Virus record (IMG/VR): IMGVR_UViG_3300028610_002211
Coordinates: 1-64,000 of that record
Strand: one strand, 5' to 3'
Source of the DNA: a virus
DNA length: 64,000 nt
The stretch's first letter is position 1; each line of letters begins with the position of its first letter. This document shows, piece by piece, positions 52,543 to 61,522 of the stretch. Below the pieces are notes generated by a model. It was not told the origin of the DNA. It searched no databases and saw only the letters and a list, made by a program, of their open reading frames with translations. A program made the position numbers and the translations under genes.

Positions 52543-54935
52543 ATGGCTAGTATTTTAGATCTCAGAATCTGTTTAGAAAAAGATGGTTGGGCGTTATACG
52601 ATCCGAGCACAAAACAACATATTGAGCGCGGTTTAGACGAAAATGGTTTGATTGATCTCTATGGAAAAACGTTTGAACGTGTGGCGCGTGAAAGTGTAAG
52701 AATCGCGATCGAAAAAGCAAAAAAACAGTATTTAAAGGACACAAACTAAATGGGTTATCGAATTTACGATCTAGGTGTTTTGCCAAATGAGTTTTTACCT
52801 GAATTTGTTGCCGCTTTTTGCGATCAAAAACACAAAGGCGATCTACTTTTGGTTCACCCGATAAAAAATAACACCGAAAAACTTTTGATGATAAAATGTA
52901 AAAAGAGTCGTTTGGTATGTTATGCTAGTTGGCTCGATGGTTGGAAAACTGCAAAAGGGTTAATGGGGTTATCTCCCAAATGACCAAAATTGATTTTCTA
53001 AAAGTGTTTGTCACCAGAGAAAGAATTTATCGTTCGAATTCACATTATAGGGGCGATTTGAGAGCTATTAAACACGCGGTATTATTAAACGGGTGGACGA
53101 TACCGATCCAAATGTTAACGGCGCTCAAAAAGATTCTACCGGACTCCACACAAGTAATTATACACAATCCGCTTTGTGGTTTTGATATTGCGTTAGAGTT
53201 TAGATATGAAAGTGGTCAAATGAATGAAAGTGGTCGAATAACATTTTATAAAAGCTTTGTTGATGAGAAAAGTTACTTTTATAGCGATCCAAAATCAAAT
53301 TTGGTGGATAAATAGGAGCGATAAAGAGATGAAGTTAAAAGATTTTACAGTGATACAAGTTTGGGGGGTTGATAAAAATGACAAAATTTTTATTTTAGCT
53401 CAAATTATCCCACAAGACGACGAAAGAACAATTATCGATTTGAAGAAAATCGTTGAATCATTTAAACCTAAATCAAAAGAAGAAATGGAGTTTTTGAGAA
53501 AATGATTTTTACAACTTTGAAAAGCGCTTTCGAAAAGTCACCAAAAATAGAGAGGCCTGAAACAATCGCTTTGCTATCTGGGGTTGATTGTTTTGTAATT
53601 ATTGCAAATCGCGTTTGGTTAAAAACCGTTGGTGAATTTTCGATCTGTGATCATAATTGGAAATCTTGGGTTAAAGATAGTTTGCCAATGGCGTATTGTG
53701 ATGATGAACTTGACGATTGTGACGATTTGGTATTGAGCAGTTGCAACTTTTTGGTATTGCCAAACGAAAAACGTAAATTGGCCCAAAGACAATTGGATCG
53801 AATTTGGCGTAATATCCCAAAGCCACAAAAACCAGGTTCTGTTAATTTGCCGGTTGCTCTAAAGTGTGGTGAATGTAATGATCCATTATCTGGTACCGTC
53901 TATTTTTTAAAAGGCGAAGAACCGGAGTTTGTGATTTTTGTTGAGCGTTGTCGTTGTAACGATAACGACGAATAAACAGAGGAGCAAAAAAATGACTATA
54001 GAAGCAATCGAAAAACTACACCTTTCACAAAAATTGACACGGGAAGAAATCGATTTTGCAAAAGAGGTTGCAAGGGTGAAGCGGTGTTACTCTGATTGTT
54101 TGAAAGCTGCAATGTCAAATAAAGGTTGGAAACTCGATCCAATCAAAAGTCAGTTCACTTTACAAAAGAAGAAAAAAAATAAGAATTTTATTGATGTTGA
54201 TGTTTTGAACGGGATAACAAACCCACAAAGCGGCAAAGTTTTGGTTGAAGCTGGGTTTATCGATCAACGGATTTGGGATCTTGCTCAATATGCTTTTTTA
54301 AGTATTCCATCGTGGGACAGGTTTTTTGGATCTATTGCCGCCGCACTTAGGTAAAAAAATGGATCCGAAAAAACTTGACATAACATTGAGCTTTAAAGGT
54401 AGTGCTGCAAACGGTGGGACAAAGATAACCGGGCGCGATAACATCATTGCTTGGATGGCAGAATGCAAAACAATCCTCGACAAACTCGATCAGATAACCA
54501 ACGATCACGATCTCGCTGCTTTCTTCGGTGTTCTTTGCGAGTTTGAATTTACCGATTTTAGAAATGAACTTGAGCGAGCGTTTAAAGCCTGCAAAAATGT
54601 TTTAGAAAGCCCATTTTAGAAAGGGGTTGTAAATGGATAGTGAATCGATTGCAACTTTGATTGCAGGATTTTTTATGGGTGGATTTTTTGGAGTTTGTTT
54701 GACCGCGCTTTGGCTTAAAACGAAAAGCGGTTTTGCTTCGTTGTCTTTGTCTTTCAAACCGAAAGACAAAAAACAAGTTCCCACCCTTTTTTCTCCGGTT
54801 ACTAGTTGCAGACATTGCGGATCGAATAATATTTTAATCGAACAAGCAAAAGGTTTGTACCGCTGCGAACATTGTTTTTTCTTGGGTCGCTTGTTTGTTG
54901 ATCCTACAACCGGAGAACCCCGCAAATTTTCCTGA
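52543..54935 (+). CDS. Run of eight small hypothetical genes
   Basis: Packed + ORFs (52543, 52750, 52980, 53329, 53502, 53992, 54359, 54633). Confidence 0.6.
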
Positions 54936-55248
54936 AAGGAGTTTTTAATGATTCCAACATACACAGAAATCGATCTTGAACCTTGGCTTGGCGCTTCGGG
55001 CGTTGAACGCTTCTCAACGTTAGACACACTACAAGGCTATTTCGAGCCCGAAAACCTCAAAGCAATCCTTGGGCCCGGATGTTGACCTTGAAAGGGCACA
55101 GCTGGCTTGTGAGCAAGCTACAACGCAATGGAAACAGCAACACGAAGACGATCCGTGCAGTTCTTGCCCGGTTGGGCGTTGGATGTCATAAAAGAACCGA
55201 TCAAAACCAGGTTGTAAAAATTATTTTAAAATAAATGTCGTTTTTTTC

Positions 55249-55319
55249 TTGACATCTGAATTAAGGGGTGTTAAGTTTATAGTATGAACAGCGCAACACA
55301 CAAAGGAGCCAAGACAATG
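55249..55319 (+). promoter_or_regulatory. Promoter-leader cassette, copy 5
   Basis: TTGACA-17-TAAGTT TATAGT ATG..AAAGGAG..ATG. Confidence 0.85.
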
Positions 55320-55736
55320 AAAAGCGAAGAAATGATAGCCAAAATTGAAAGTGAAAAGAGGGAAGTTAATCGGCGCCTTAAGGATTACGATCTGGCGCAA
55401 ACTACACCAAATAATTTGACAATCAGGGTGATAAGCCGTTTAAAAGGCAAGTTGTCTGGATTAGAGTTTGCCTTAAAACTGTTGAAAAAATAAATGAAAG
55501 AGGCAAGCAAAATGAAAATCCAAATCGCTAGTTTATACGCAAACGAGAAAAACAAAAAAAAGGCCGATCGGATCAAAAAGGCACTACAAGGAAAAACGTC
55601 TTTTAATTTGCAAGTGTCGGCGGTCAACAAGGGTGGAAACCTCATTATCACAGTTTCGAGTAGCTTTGCCGAAAACATGGTTGAATTGGCTGAGATGGTT
55701 ATGACTCTTCTTGTTGACTTGATCGACGGTGAATAA
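55284..55736 (+). CDS. Two small early genes (55284/55317-55493, an LNGLRFAL paralog; 55494-55736)
   Basis: Cassette-led ORFs. Confidence 0.65.
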
Positions 55737-57015
55737 AATGAAAAACGTAACACAAGAAAGAAAAATTTTTTGGTACAATCGTTTCGATTTTTTGGCGGTA
55801 GCAATTCTTTTTTGGGCCACTATCAAAAAGAGCGCTTTCAACAATGCGCGCTTGGTTTTCAACGGCGAAACCCGCGTTGTTAGGGGTCGGACCGAATATT
55901 CACCCAACATCACAGAATACGGTTTTGAAGTTGTTTGCGACATCAACGATCATATCGAAATCCCTGGACACCGCTTTGTTGGAATCGCCGTAAACAAAGG
56001 ACCGGGTTGGATCGTTACCAACTTCACTGACGATTTCAAATTCACCAAAGAGGTTGTTGACTCTTTGGATCCACAACGTTGTGATATGTGCGGACACAAA
56101 AGAGACCGGGTTCGTTTGATGATTCTCGAAAACACCGATACCAAAGAGCTTGTGATCGTGGGTGGCAGCTGCGCAAAGAATTTTCGCAACGTCAATCTTG
56201 AAGACTTGGTCCGCAAAATGACAATTTTCTCAAGCAACTTTGGCTGTATGGACCCTGATGAATTGGGCGGTTTTGGCGGCGGCGGTCGTAGAATTTTGGA
56301 TTTGGTTGAGTCGATCGCGGTTGGCGAATTGTTGATCTCTCGACTCGGGTACACCTCAAGAAAAAAAGCAGATATAGGAATGACTTATGCTACTTCAGAT
56401 TTGATCGCCGATTATTTCGCGAGCAAGGGTAAGTCTTACAAATCCATCAAAGCCGTTATGGACCGCTCAAGGTTAGACCTTGCTCAGCGCATTAAAGAGC
56501 TTACAAACGGCGGTCTGAAGGCGCTTAGGGCTCATTTCGAGCGCGCTAACGAGCGCCGTTGGTCTGAATTCAACAGCAACATGGTTGTTTGGTTGTCTTG
56601 TAAAGAAGACGTTCCGCTTGGTGTCGCTGCTTACCTCGCTTTTGTCAACCTCGAAGGCGCCAAAGAATCGGACCGGACCGATCAGAAAGTTGCCGGCTTC
56701 GACGGTGCACCGATCAAAAAAATGTCAGATTTCGGTTGGTTCAAAGTGGTAAACGTTAGAGCAAAGGAGAATGATTACACTGGTAACACTGATTTTTGTT
56801 TCACTTGTTTGAACGCCGATTCACAAAAACTTTGGTTCAAGGTTGGCGAGAATAGCGTTGCAAATAAAGCTTATGATCAAGTTGTCTCGGGTGATGGGGT
56901 TAACCAAGATCAAGAGATCTGGATCGATGTTCGTGGCAAATTGACCCGAAGCAAAAGTGAAATTGCTTTTGCTTCGCACATCAAATTCAAAAAAGTTGAA
57001 ATCCGCACAATCTAA
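55729..57015 (+). CDS. Hypothetical protein with zinc ribbon and possible C-terminal OB-like domain
   Basis: CDMCGHKR.R...VGGSC; 428 aa. Confidence 0.75.
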   Translation: MNKMKNVTQERKIFWYNRFDFLAVAILFWATIKKSAFNNARLVFNGETRVVRGRTEYSPNITEYGFEVVCDINDHIEIPGHRFVGIAVNKGPGWIVTNFTDDFKFTKEVVDSLDPQRCDMCGHKRDRVRLMILENTDTKELVIVGGSCAKNFRNVNLEDLVRKMTIFSSNFGCMDPDELGGFGGGGRRILDLVESIAVGELLISRLGYTSRKKADIGMTYATSDLIADYFASKGKSYKSIKAVMDRSRLDLAQRIKELTNGGLKALRAHFERANERRWSEFNSNMVVWLSCKEDVPLGVAAYLAFVNLEGAKESDRTDQKVAGFDGAPIKKMSDFGWFKVVNVRAKENDYTGNTDFCFTCLNADSQKLWFKVGENSVANKAYDQVVSGDGVNQDQEIWIDVRGKLTRSKSEIAFASHIKFKKVEIRTI

Positions 57016-57211
57016 ACAATTTCGAAAAGCAAACAAAGGGTGCGGGAAACCGCGCTCTTTGTCTTTGCAGAATGTCCAGGGCGCCCTTGTGCGCGCGCCC
57101 GCGCGCGGGCGCATACTCGGGCAAGGGTTAAACACAACGGCCGTTAGAACGGCGCACAAAGGTTCTGAGAAGGAAGTGAGATAAACAGATCCTAAAGGAT
57201 AATATCTAAAT

Positions 57212-57227
57212 TGCAATCTGCGTGCCA
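57212..57227 (-). promoter_or_regulatory. sigma54 -24/-12 site
   Basis: TGGCACG-CAGA-TTGCA. Confidence 0.7.
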
Positions 57228-57268
57228 AAGGAAAAATAATTTTTTTTAAAATAAAAGTGAGAATTTTC

Positions 57269-57332
57269 TTGACATCTGAATTAGCTGTGTTAAGTTTATA
57301 ATATGAGCGCAACAATAAGGAGCAAGACAATG
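57269..57332 (+). promoter_or_regulatory. Promoter-leader cassette, copy 6
   Basis: TTGACA-16-TAAGTT TATAAT ATG..AAGGAG..ATG. Confidence 0.85.
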
Positions 57333-57476
57333 AACGTTAAAATGAAAAAAGGAGAAACAGGTTATTTCAAGGGTGACAAAATACAATTCACCGGAAAAGA
57401 AGAAGTTCTTTACGGTGGGCTTTTCGATGAGTTTGTTTATCTCGAAGGTTATAAAAAAGCAGCTAAAAAAGCATAA
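57303..57476 (+). CDS. Small early protein (57 aa, second start 57330; not in the ORF track)
   Basis: MSATIRSKTMNVKMKKGETGYFKGDKIQFTGKEEVLYGGLFDEFVYLEGYKKAAKKA. Confidence 0.65.
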   Translation: MSATIRSKTMNVKMKKGETGYFKGDKIQFTGKEEVLYGGLFDEFVYLEGYKKAAKKA

Positions 57477-57817
57477 TGCACAAAGGAGCAAGTAAAATGA
57501 ACACCACTAACAATAATAAAAATACTGTCGAAGAAAAAAGAACAACAATCGAGGTTTTCGACCCTAAAAAATTCGATCACAACCAAAGGTGGTTTCAACC
57601 GATCAACAATTTTGCTTTTCTTGGACAAGCTTCCGGTATGGCGCTCGCTCACGATCCGATTTATAGGGATAGTCTATGGGCCGAAACAGTACCGCACCCT
57701 AATTTTTTGCGCGATGTCGAGAGAAAATTTCCCGGTCATGTGTTGGTTTATGATGATATGGGTCATGGACGCGATTGGATTCTCTCGATCAAAGGTTCTA
57801 TTCCTTCGAACGAATAG
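57476..57817 (+). CDS. Hypothetical protein
   Basis: TAATG-coupled; carries the partial leader CACAAAGGAGCAAGTAAAATG. Confidence 0.7.
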   Translation: MHKGASKMNTTNNNKNTVEEKRTTIEVFDPKKFDHNQRWFQPINNFAFLGQASGMALAHDPIYRDSLWAETVPHPNFLRDVERKFPGHVLVYDDMGHGRDWILSIKGSIPSNE

Positions 57818-57818
57818 C

Positions 57819-57924
57819 GTTCAACGCCCTTGTGCGCGCCCCTGTGGTAACTTTTGTTTGTCTCCTGTGTTGCGCTAACCATGGGGATTTGAGTCGAACA
57901 GGAGCGCGCACAAGGGTGTTGAAC
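57819..57924. ncRNA. Candidate structured RNA: 27-bp stem enclosing an inverted copy of the cassette leader/SD
   Basis: Inverted repeat 57819-57845 / 57898-57924 (25/27); the loop at 57851-57882 is the reverse complement of ATGGTTAGCGCAACACAGGAGACAAACAAAAG. Confidence 0.5.
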
Positions 57925-57985
57925 CCGTTCAACAGCTTCAATGAACCTGCCAAAATAAACAGATCCTAAAGGATAATATCTAAAT

Positions 57986-58001
57986 TGCAATTCACGTGCC
58001 A
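57986..58001 (-). promoter_or_regulatory. sigma54 -24/-12 site
   Basis: TGGCACG-TGAA-TTGCA. Confidence 0.7.
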
Positions 58002-58043
58002 AGAAAAAAACCACTTCTGTTTAATTTAAATGTCGTTTTTCGG

Positions 58044-58114
58044 TTGACATCTAAATTAGAATGATTAAGCTTTATAGTATGAGCGCAACACAAAACACGG
58101 GAGAAAACAAAATG
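58044..58114 (+). promoter_or_regulatory. Promoter-leader cassette, copy 7
   Basis: TTGACA-16-TAAGCT TTATAGT ATG..GGGAG..ATG. Confidence 0.85.
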
Positions 58115-58698
58115 ACAAAAATCGAAATGGCTCAGTATATTGTTGAGGTCTTGTATCAGTTGGACCACGTACCTGCCCGAGATCACATCCATGTCCAGCG
58201 AATAGCTCGCAGGCCGAAGGTTGCCTTGGAGAATTTGTACGAAAGAGCTTTCGTGGTCGAAGAAGAGCTGAAGGCGAAAAAAACCATAGCTAGCCTGTAA
58301 ACCAAAACTGCAAACGGGGGGGGTAACACTCCCCGAAAGGGTGTCCGATGAACGACAAAATAAAAAAAATACTGTTCGAATTGTCGGCCGATTTCACTTT
58401 GGCTGGTATCCAACAAGGGCGCAAATCGTTACACGAGGATAAAGCGCTTTGCCTCAAGGTTTCGAAATTACGAAACGCGATCGATCTTTTGTCACTCCAA
58501 AGAGCGCAACTTGCGCGTTGTTGGGAAGGTGTTTCGATTACTTCTATCGTTGAAACGGTCAAAGAATGTTTGGGCGCAGCGCTTGAATTGGGATCTTTTT
58601 TGGGTAATAACTACCCCGCCGAGTATATCGAAATCGAGTTGCATGGTACAAAATACGTCGAAAAATGTTGGGCCTTGATTGGCGTTTTGTCCGTTTAA
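58079..58698 (+). CDS. Two hypothetical early genes (58079/58112-58300; 58348-58698)
   Basis: Cassette-led; followed by a terminator. Confidence 0.65.
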
Positions 58699-58720
58699 AA
58701 TCGTATTTCATCCCGGTTTA

Positions 58721-58750
58721 AAGGTGTTTCGAAAGGGGCGCCTTTTTTTA
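58721..58750 (+). terminator. Intrinsic terminator
   Basis: AAGGTGTTTC-GAAA-GGGGCGCCTT followed by a T-tract. Confidence 0.8.
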
Positions 58751-58782
58751 TTTCTGTGTAATTCACAAGTCAGGATAATCTT

Positions 58783-58798
58783 TGGCACGTAAATTGCT
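58783..58798 (+). promoter_or_regulatory. sigma54 -24/-12 site
   Basis: TGGCACG-TAAA-TTGCT. Confidence 0.7.
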
Positions 58799-58923
58799 AC
58801 GCGTGTTGTAAATATTATCCTTTAGAATCTGTCCATCCGTTTCGGCGTCCGAATTAACCGCTTATTTTTGTTGGCGTTAGGCTTTGTGTTTGAAAACGAG
58901 TTCAAGGGCCTTGTGCGCCTTCT

Positions 58924-58990
58924 CAAGGCGTTTTAACGGGTCAACCTATACCAGGGGTTGAGTTAAAAAAACGGTCGTTAAAACGCCTTG
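58924..58990. repeat. Perfect 15-bp inverted repeat within a phased element
   Basis: CAAGGCGTTTTAACG ... CGTTAAAACGCCTTG with an inner TCAACC/GGTTGA stem. Confidence 0.85.
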
Positions 58991-59029
58991 TGGATATCTT
59001 GTGTTTAATTCACATGTTGATAAATAGTT

Positions 59030-59045
59030 TGGAATGAATATTGCA
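59030..59045 (+). promoter_or_regulatory. sigma54-like -24/-12 site
   Basis: TGGAATG-AATA-TTGCA (GG-N10-GC). Confidence 0.55.
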
Positions 59046-59142
59046 ACGCGCGCTTGTTTACATTTAGAATCTGTACATCCGCTTCAACCTTCGATATAAA
59101 TTGCGTTTTGACTTTTTAGTTAAAGAGTGTTAAAACCTGTTC

Positions 59143-59643
59143 ATGAAAATTCTAAGACGAAAAAACATAAAAAGCTTTCCGGGTTATCAAATTTCAAACT
59201 TTGGAACAGTTAGGAGAGAAGTTTATAAATTGTACGGGATTAAGGAAACGAGGATATTTCCTCATATCAATAATGGTTATCAAATTGCCAATTTAAAAAG
59301 CGAATCTGGGGAGCAAAAGAAAGTGCCTATTCACAAACTTGTTGCAAAAGCTTTCGTTTCCGGCTGGTTTGAGGGCGCAATTGTTGATCATATCGACGAG
59401 AATAAGCAGAATAATTTTTTCAAAAATCTTCGCTGGGTAACTCATCGCTTTAATTCCTCTCGACGTAAGCGCGATCTGCCTTTGAATGTTTCAAAATTTC
59501 GAAATCGAAATAGTTATATTGTTCGAGTTTATTTCGGTGGTGAAATCGTTTATTTGGGCTCATATAAGACGGTTGAAGAAGCTTCGAGGGTTGCTGAAAG
59601 GGCGCGCAAGCAAGCGGAAAAAGGGGAAAAACCAACTCGTTAA
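59143..59643 (+). CDS. NUMOD4-HNH homing endonuclease with AP2-like C-terminal domain
   Basis: IKSFPGYQISNFG.V, IHKLVAKAF, VDHIDENKQNN...NLRWV, YLGSYKTVEEA. Confidence 0.9.
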   Translation: MKILRRKNIKSFPGYQISNFGTVRREVYKLYGIKETRIFPHINNGYQIANLKSESGEQKKVPIHKLVAKAFVSGWFEGAIVDHIDENKQNNFFKNLRWVTHRFNSSRRKRDLPLNVSKFRNRNSYIVRVYFGGEIVYLGSYKTVEEASRVAERARKQAEKGEKPTR

Positions 59644-59710
59644 TTTTTTTAGTTTCGGCGAAGCTAAATCAGAGGGTTAAAATTCTTCTAATTTAAATGT
59701 CGTTTTTCGG

Positions 59711-59739
59711 TTGACTTCTGAATTAAACAGGTATACAAT
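59711..59739 (+). promoter_or_regulatory. Promoter carrying the GAATTA box
   Basis: TTGACT-17-TACAAT. Confidence 0.75.
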
Positions 59740-59775
59740 CAAACAAGAGGTGTTCGACTAAATGGAGGTGTTTAA

Positions 59776-60168
59776 ATGGCAAGGGTTAAAATAATCGACT
59801 TTGACGCGTTGCGCAGCGCGATCGAAGATTTCAAAGCGGGGTTGCTCGAATTTGCCGAAAATGGGGGTGATTTAAACAAGCTTGTTAAAAATTCAGAAAT
59901 GGTATTGAACCGTTTGACCGGCGAAGAAATGGAAATCTGTATTGTTGTCCAGCACGAAAAAACCCCACAACCAGAATTTGCGATTGTGAAAGGCGCTGTT
60001 TATCGTCAATCAAAGCGGGGCAAAACACACCTATTTCTTTTGACTGGGCACCGTGGCAAGGCGTTTTGTGGAGTCTCGATTGTTGATACAAGCCTTGTTT
60101 TATCTCCAAACGTAGCGGATATTTGCTCCGATTGTGCTTTAGCTGTTAACGATTTAGATGATATTTAA
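59776..60168 (+). CDS. Hypothetical protein with C-terminal zinc finger
   Basis: H...FCG...CSDC; GGAGG SD. Confidence 0.7.
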   Translation: MARVKIIDFDALRSAIEDFKAGLLEFAENGGDLNKLVKNSEMVLNRLTGEEMEICIVVQHEKTPQPEFAIVKGAVYRQSKRGKTHLFLLTGHRGKAFCGVSIVDTSLVLSPNVADICSDCALAVNDLDDI

Positions 60169-60206
60169 CAGTTTTTATTTTCATATATCTGTATTTTCTT
60201 AACATA

Positions 60207-60229
60207 TGTTTCACATTTCACGTGAAACA
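60207..60229. other. parS-like ParB binding site
   Basis: CATTTCACGTGAAACA (14/16 to TGTTTCACGTGAAACA) with an overlapping extra half-site TGTTTCAC; intergenic. Confidence 0.55.
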
Positions 60230-60280
60230 TTTCTTGATTTATAAATTGGATTGTGTAAAGCTCACAAAATGGAGGTATCA

Positions 60281-60739
60281 ATGAACGAAAACAGAAAAAC
60301 AAAAGAAAAGTCAGAAGATAGCGGGGCGCCCGAACAGGTCGAAAATGAGCTCAAAAAAGAAGAACCATCGTTTACACCAAACGAAATTTTGGAACCGCTT
60401 GGGTTTGTTGAACAACAATTGACCGATGATCAGAGTAATTTGCTCGCTTTTTTTCAATTAACACTGTACGAAAAACCGCGAAAAATCGATCTTGACGCGT
60501 CTGTAACAGCTGGATTTGACGAAAATGGGACTTATCTTTTAGTTTTTGATTTTGAGATTACGGTATTTATTGACGTTTGTGATGTTCATATCGGGTCTTA
60601 TGACATTATTTTAGACTACGAAAACAGAAATAAGTTTGCCATAATCTTTAAAGCCATTGTAACCTTTTTGTCACAATCGGCAAAACTCTATGTTGCAACA
60701 CAGGCTTTACTTGACGAGAAAAAAGAAAAACCAAACTAA
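60281..60739 (+). CDS. Hypothetical protein
   Basis: GGAGG SD before ATG 60281. Confidence 0.65.
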   Translation: MNENRKTKEKSEDSGAPEQVENELKKEEPSFTPNEILEPLGFVEQQLTDDQSNLLAFFQLTLYEKPRKIDLDASVTAGFDENGTYLLVFDFEITVFIDVCDVHIGSYDIILDYENRNKFAIIFKAIVTFLSQSAKLYVATQALLDEKKEKPN

Positions 60740-60755
60740 GCAAGGAAGACGGCCG

Positions 60756-61484
60756 ATGAGTGAGAAGCTTTTGAAACGGGTTGCGGCACTGTTCGCCTTA
60801 TCCGATAACAACCCGAGCCCAGAAGAGGCACAAAGCGCCCTAGAGCAAGCCAGGGCGCTGTTGCAAAAGCACAACCTTACAATGATTGATGTTGAGTCTG
60901 TCGAGGATCACAAAGGGGCTCAGGGCGGTTACAGCGAAACAGCGACGGTTGGAGAAAAGATCGCCCAATGGAAAAAATCTGTTGCCGCTGTTGTTGCCGA
61001 ATATTTAGATATAAAAGTTGTTACTAGAAAATATGTGCGTAAAAGAGATGTTAGTTTTTTGTTTTATGGTTTGGTGTTAAACACCGAAATCGCGATCGGT
61101 ATTTTTTTATCTTTATTGAGACAAATTGAAACAATGACAAAAAATTACCATGGTAAAGGTCATTACGCAAAAAGCGTATATCGCCAGGGCATTTTATACG
61201 GTTTGGATCAACGTTTGGAAATTTTGAAAATTAGACAAAATTCAAAATGTACTGCGTTGGCTATTTGCTCTAACAAAGTTGCAGATAATTGGATGGAAAA
61301 CGAGGGTATAAAAGTTGAACGAGCGAGGGTAAAAACCAAAAAAGAAAAAACGAAAGAGCAACAACGTAAAGATCGAAATCTTTTTGGTTGGGATCGTCAA
61401 CTCCATTTTTCAAGGGGTTTGAGCGATTCTTATTCATTGGTTTTAGAGAAAGTGTTAGACGGTAAAACAAAAGAAGAAAGTTGA
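60756..61484 (+). CDS. DUF2786 domain protein
   Basis: KLLKRVAALFALS.NNPSPEEA..AL..A..LL.KHNL. Confidence 0.8.
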   Translation: MSEKLLKRVAALFALSDNNPSPEEAQSALEQARALLQKHNLTMIDVESVEDHKGAQGGYSETATVGEKIAQWKKSVAAVVAEYLDIKVVTRKYVRKRDVSFLFYGLVLNTEIAIGIFLSLLRQIETMTKNYHGKGHYAKSVYRQGILYGLDQRLEILKIRQNSKCTALAICSNKVADNWMENEGIKVERARVKTKKEKTKEQQRKDRNLFGWDRQLHFSRGLSDSYSLVLEKVLDGKTKEES

Positions 61485-61522
61485 AAAAATTGTATCTTGT
61501 AAATTAGGGAGATAAAACAAAA

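Noticed and set aside
51000-58120. CRISPR array suggested by recurring ~70-bp repeats
   Set aside because: The repeats are promoter-leader units separated by whole genes of variable length; there are no constant spacers and no cas genes.
58300-58350. c-di-GMP riboswitch or ribozyme at GCAAAC...CCCGAAAGGG
   Set aside because: Only a GAAA-tetraloop hairpin; the rest of the consensus is missing.
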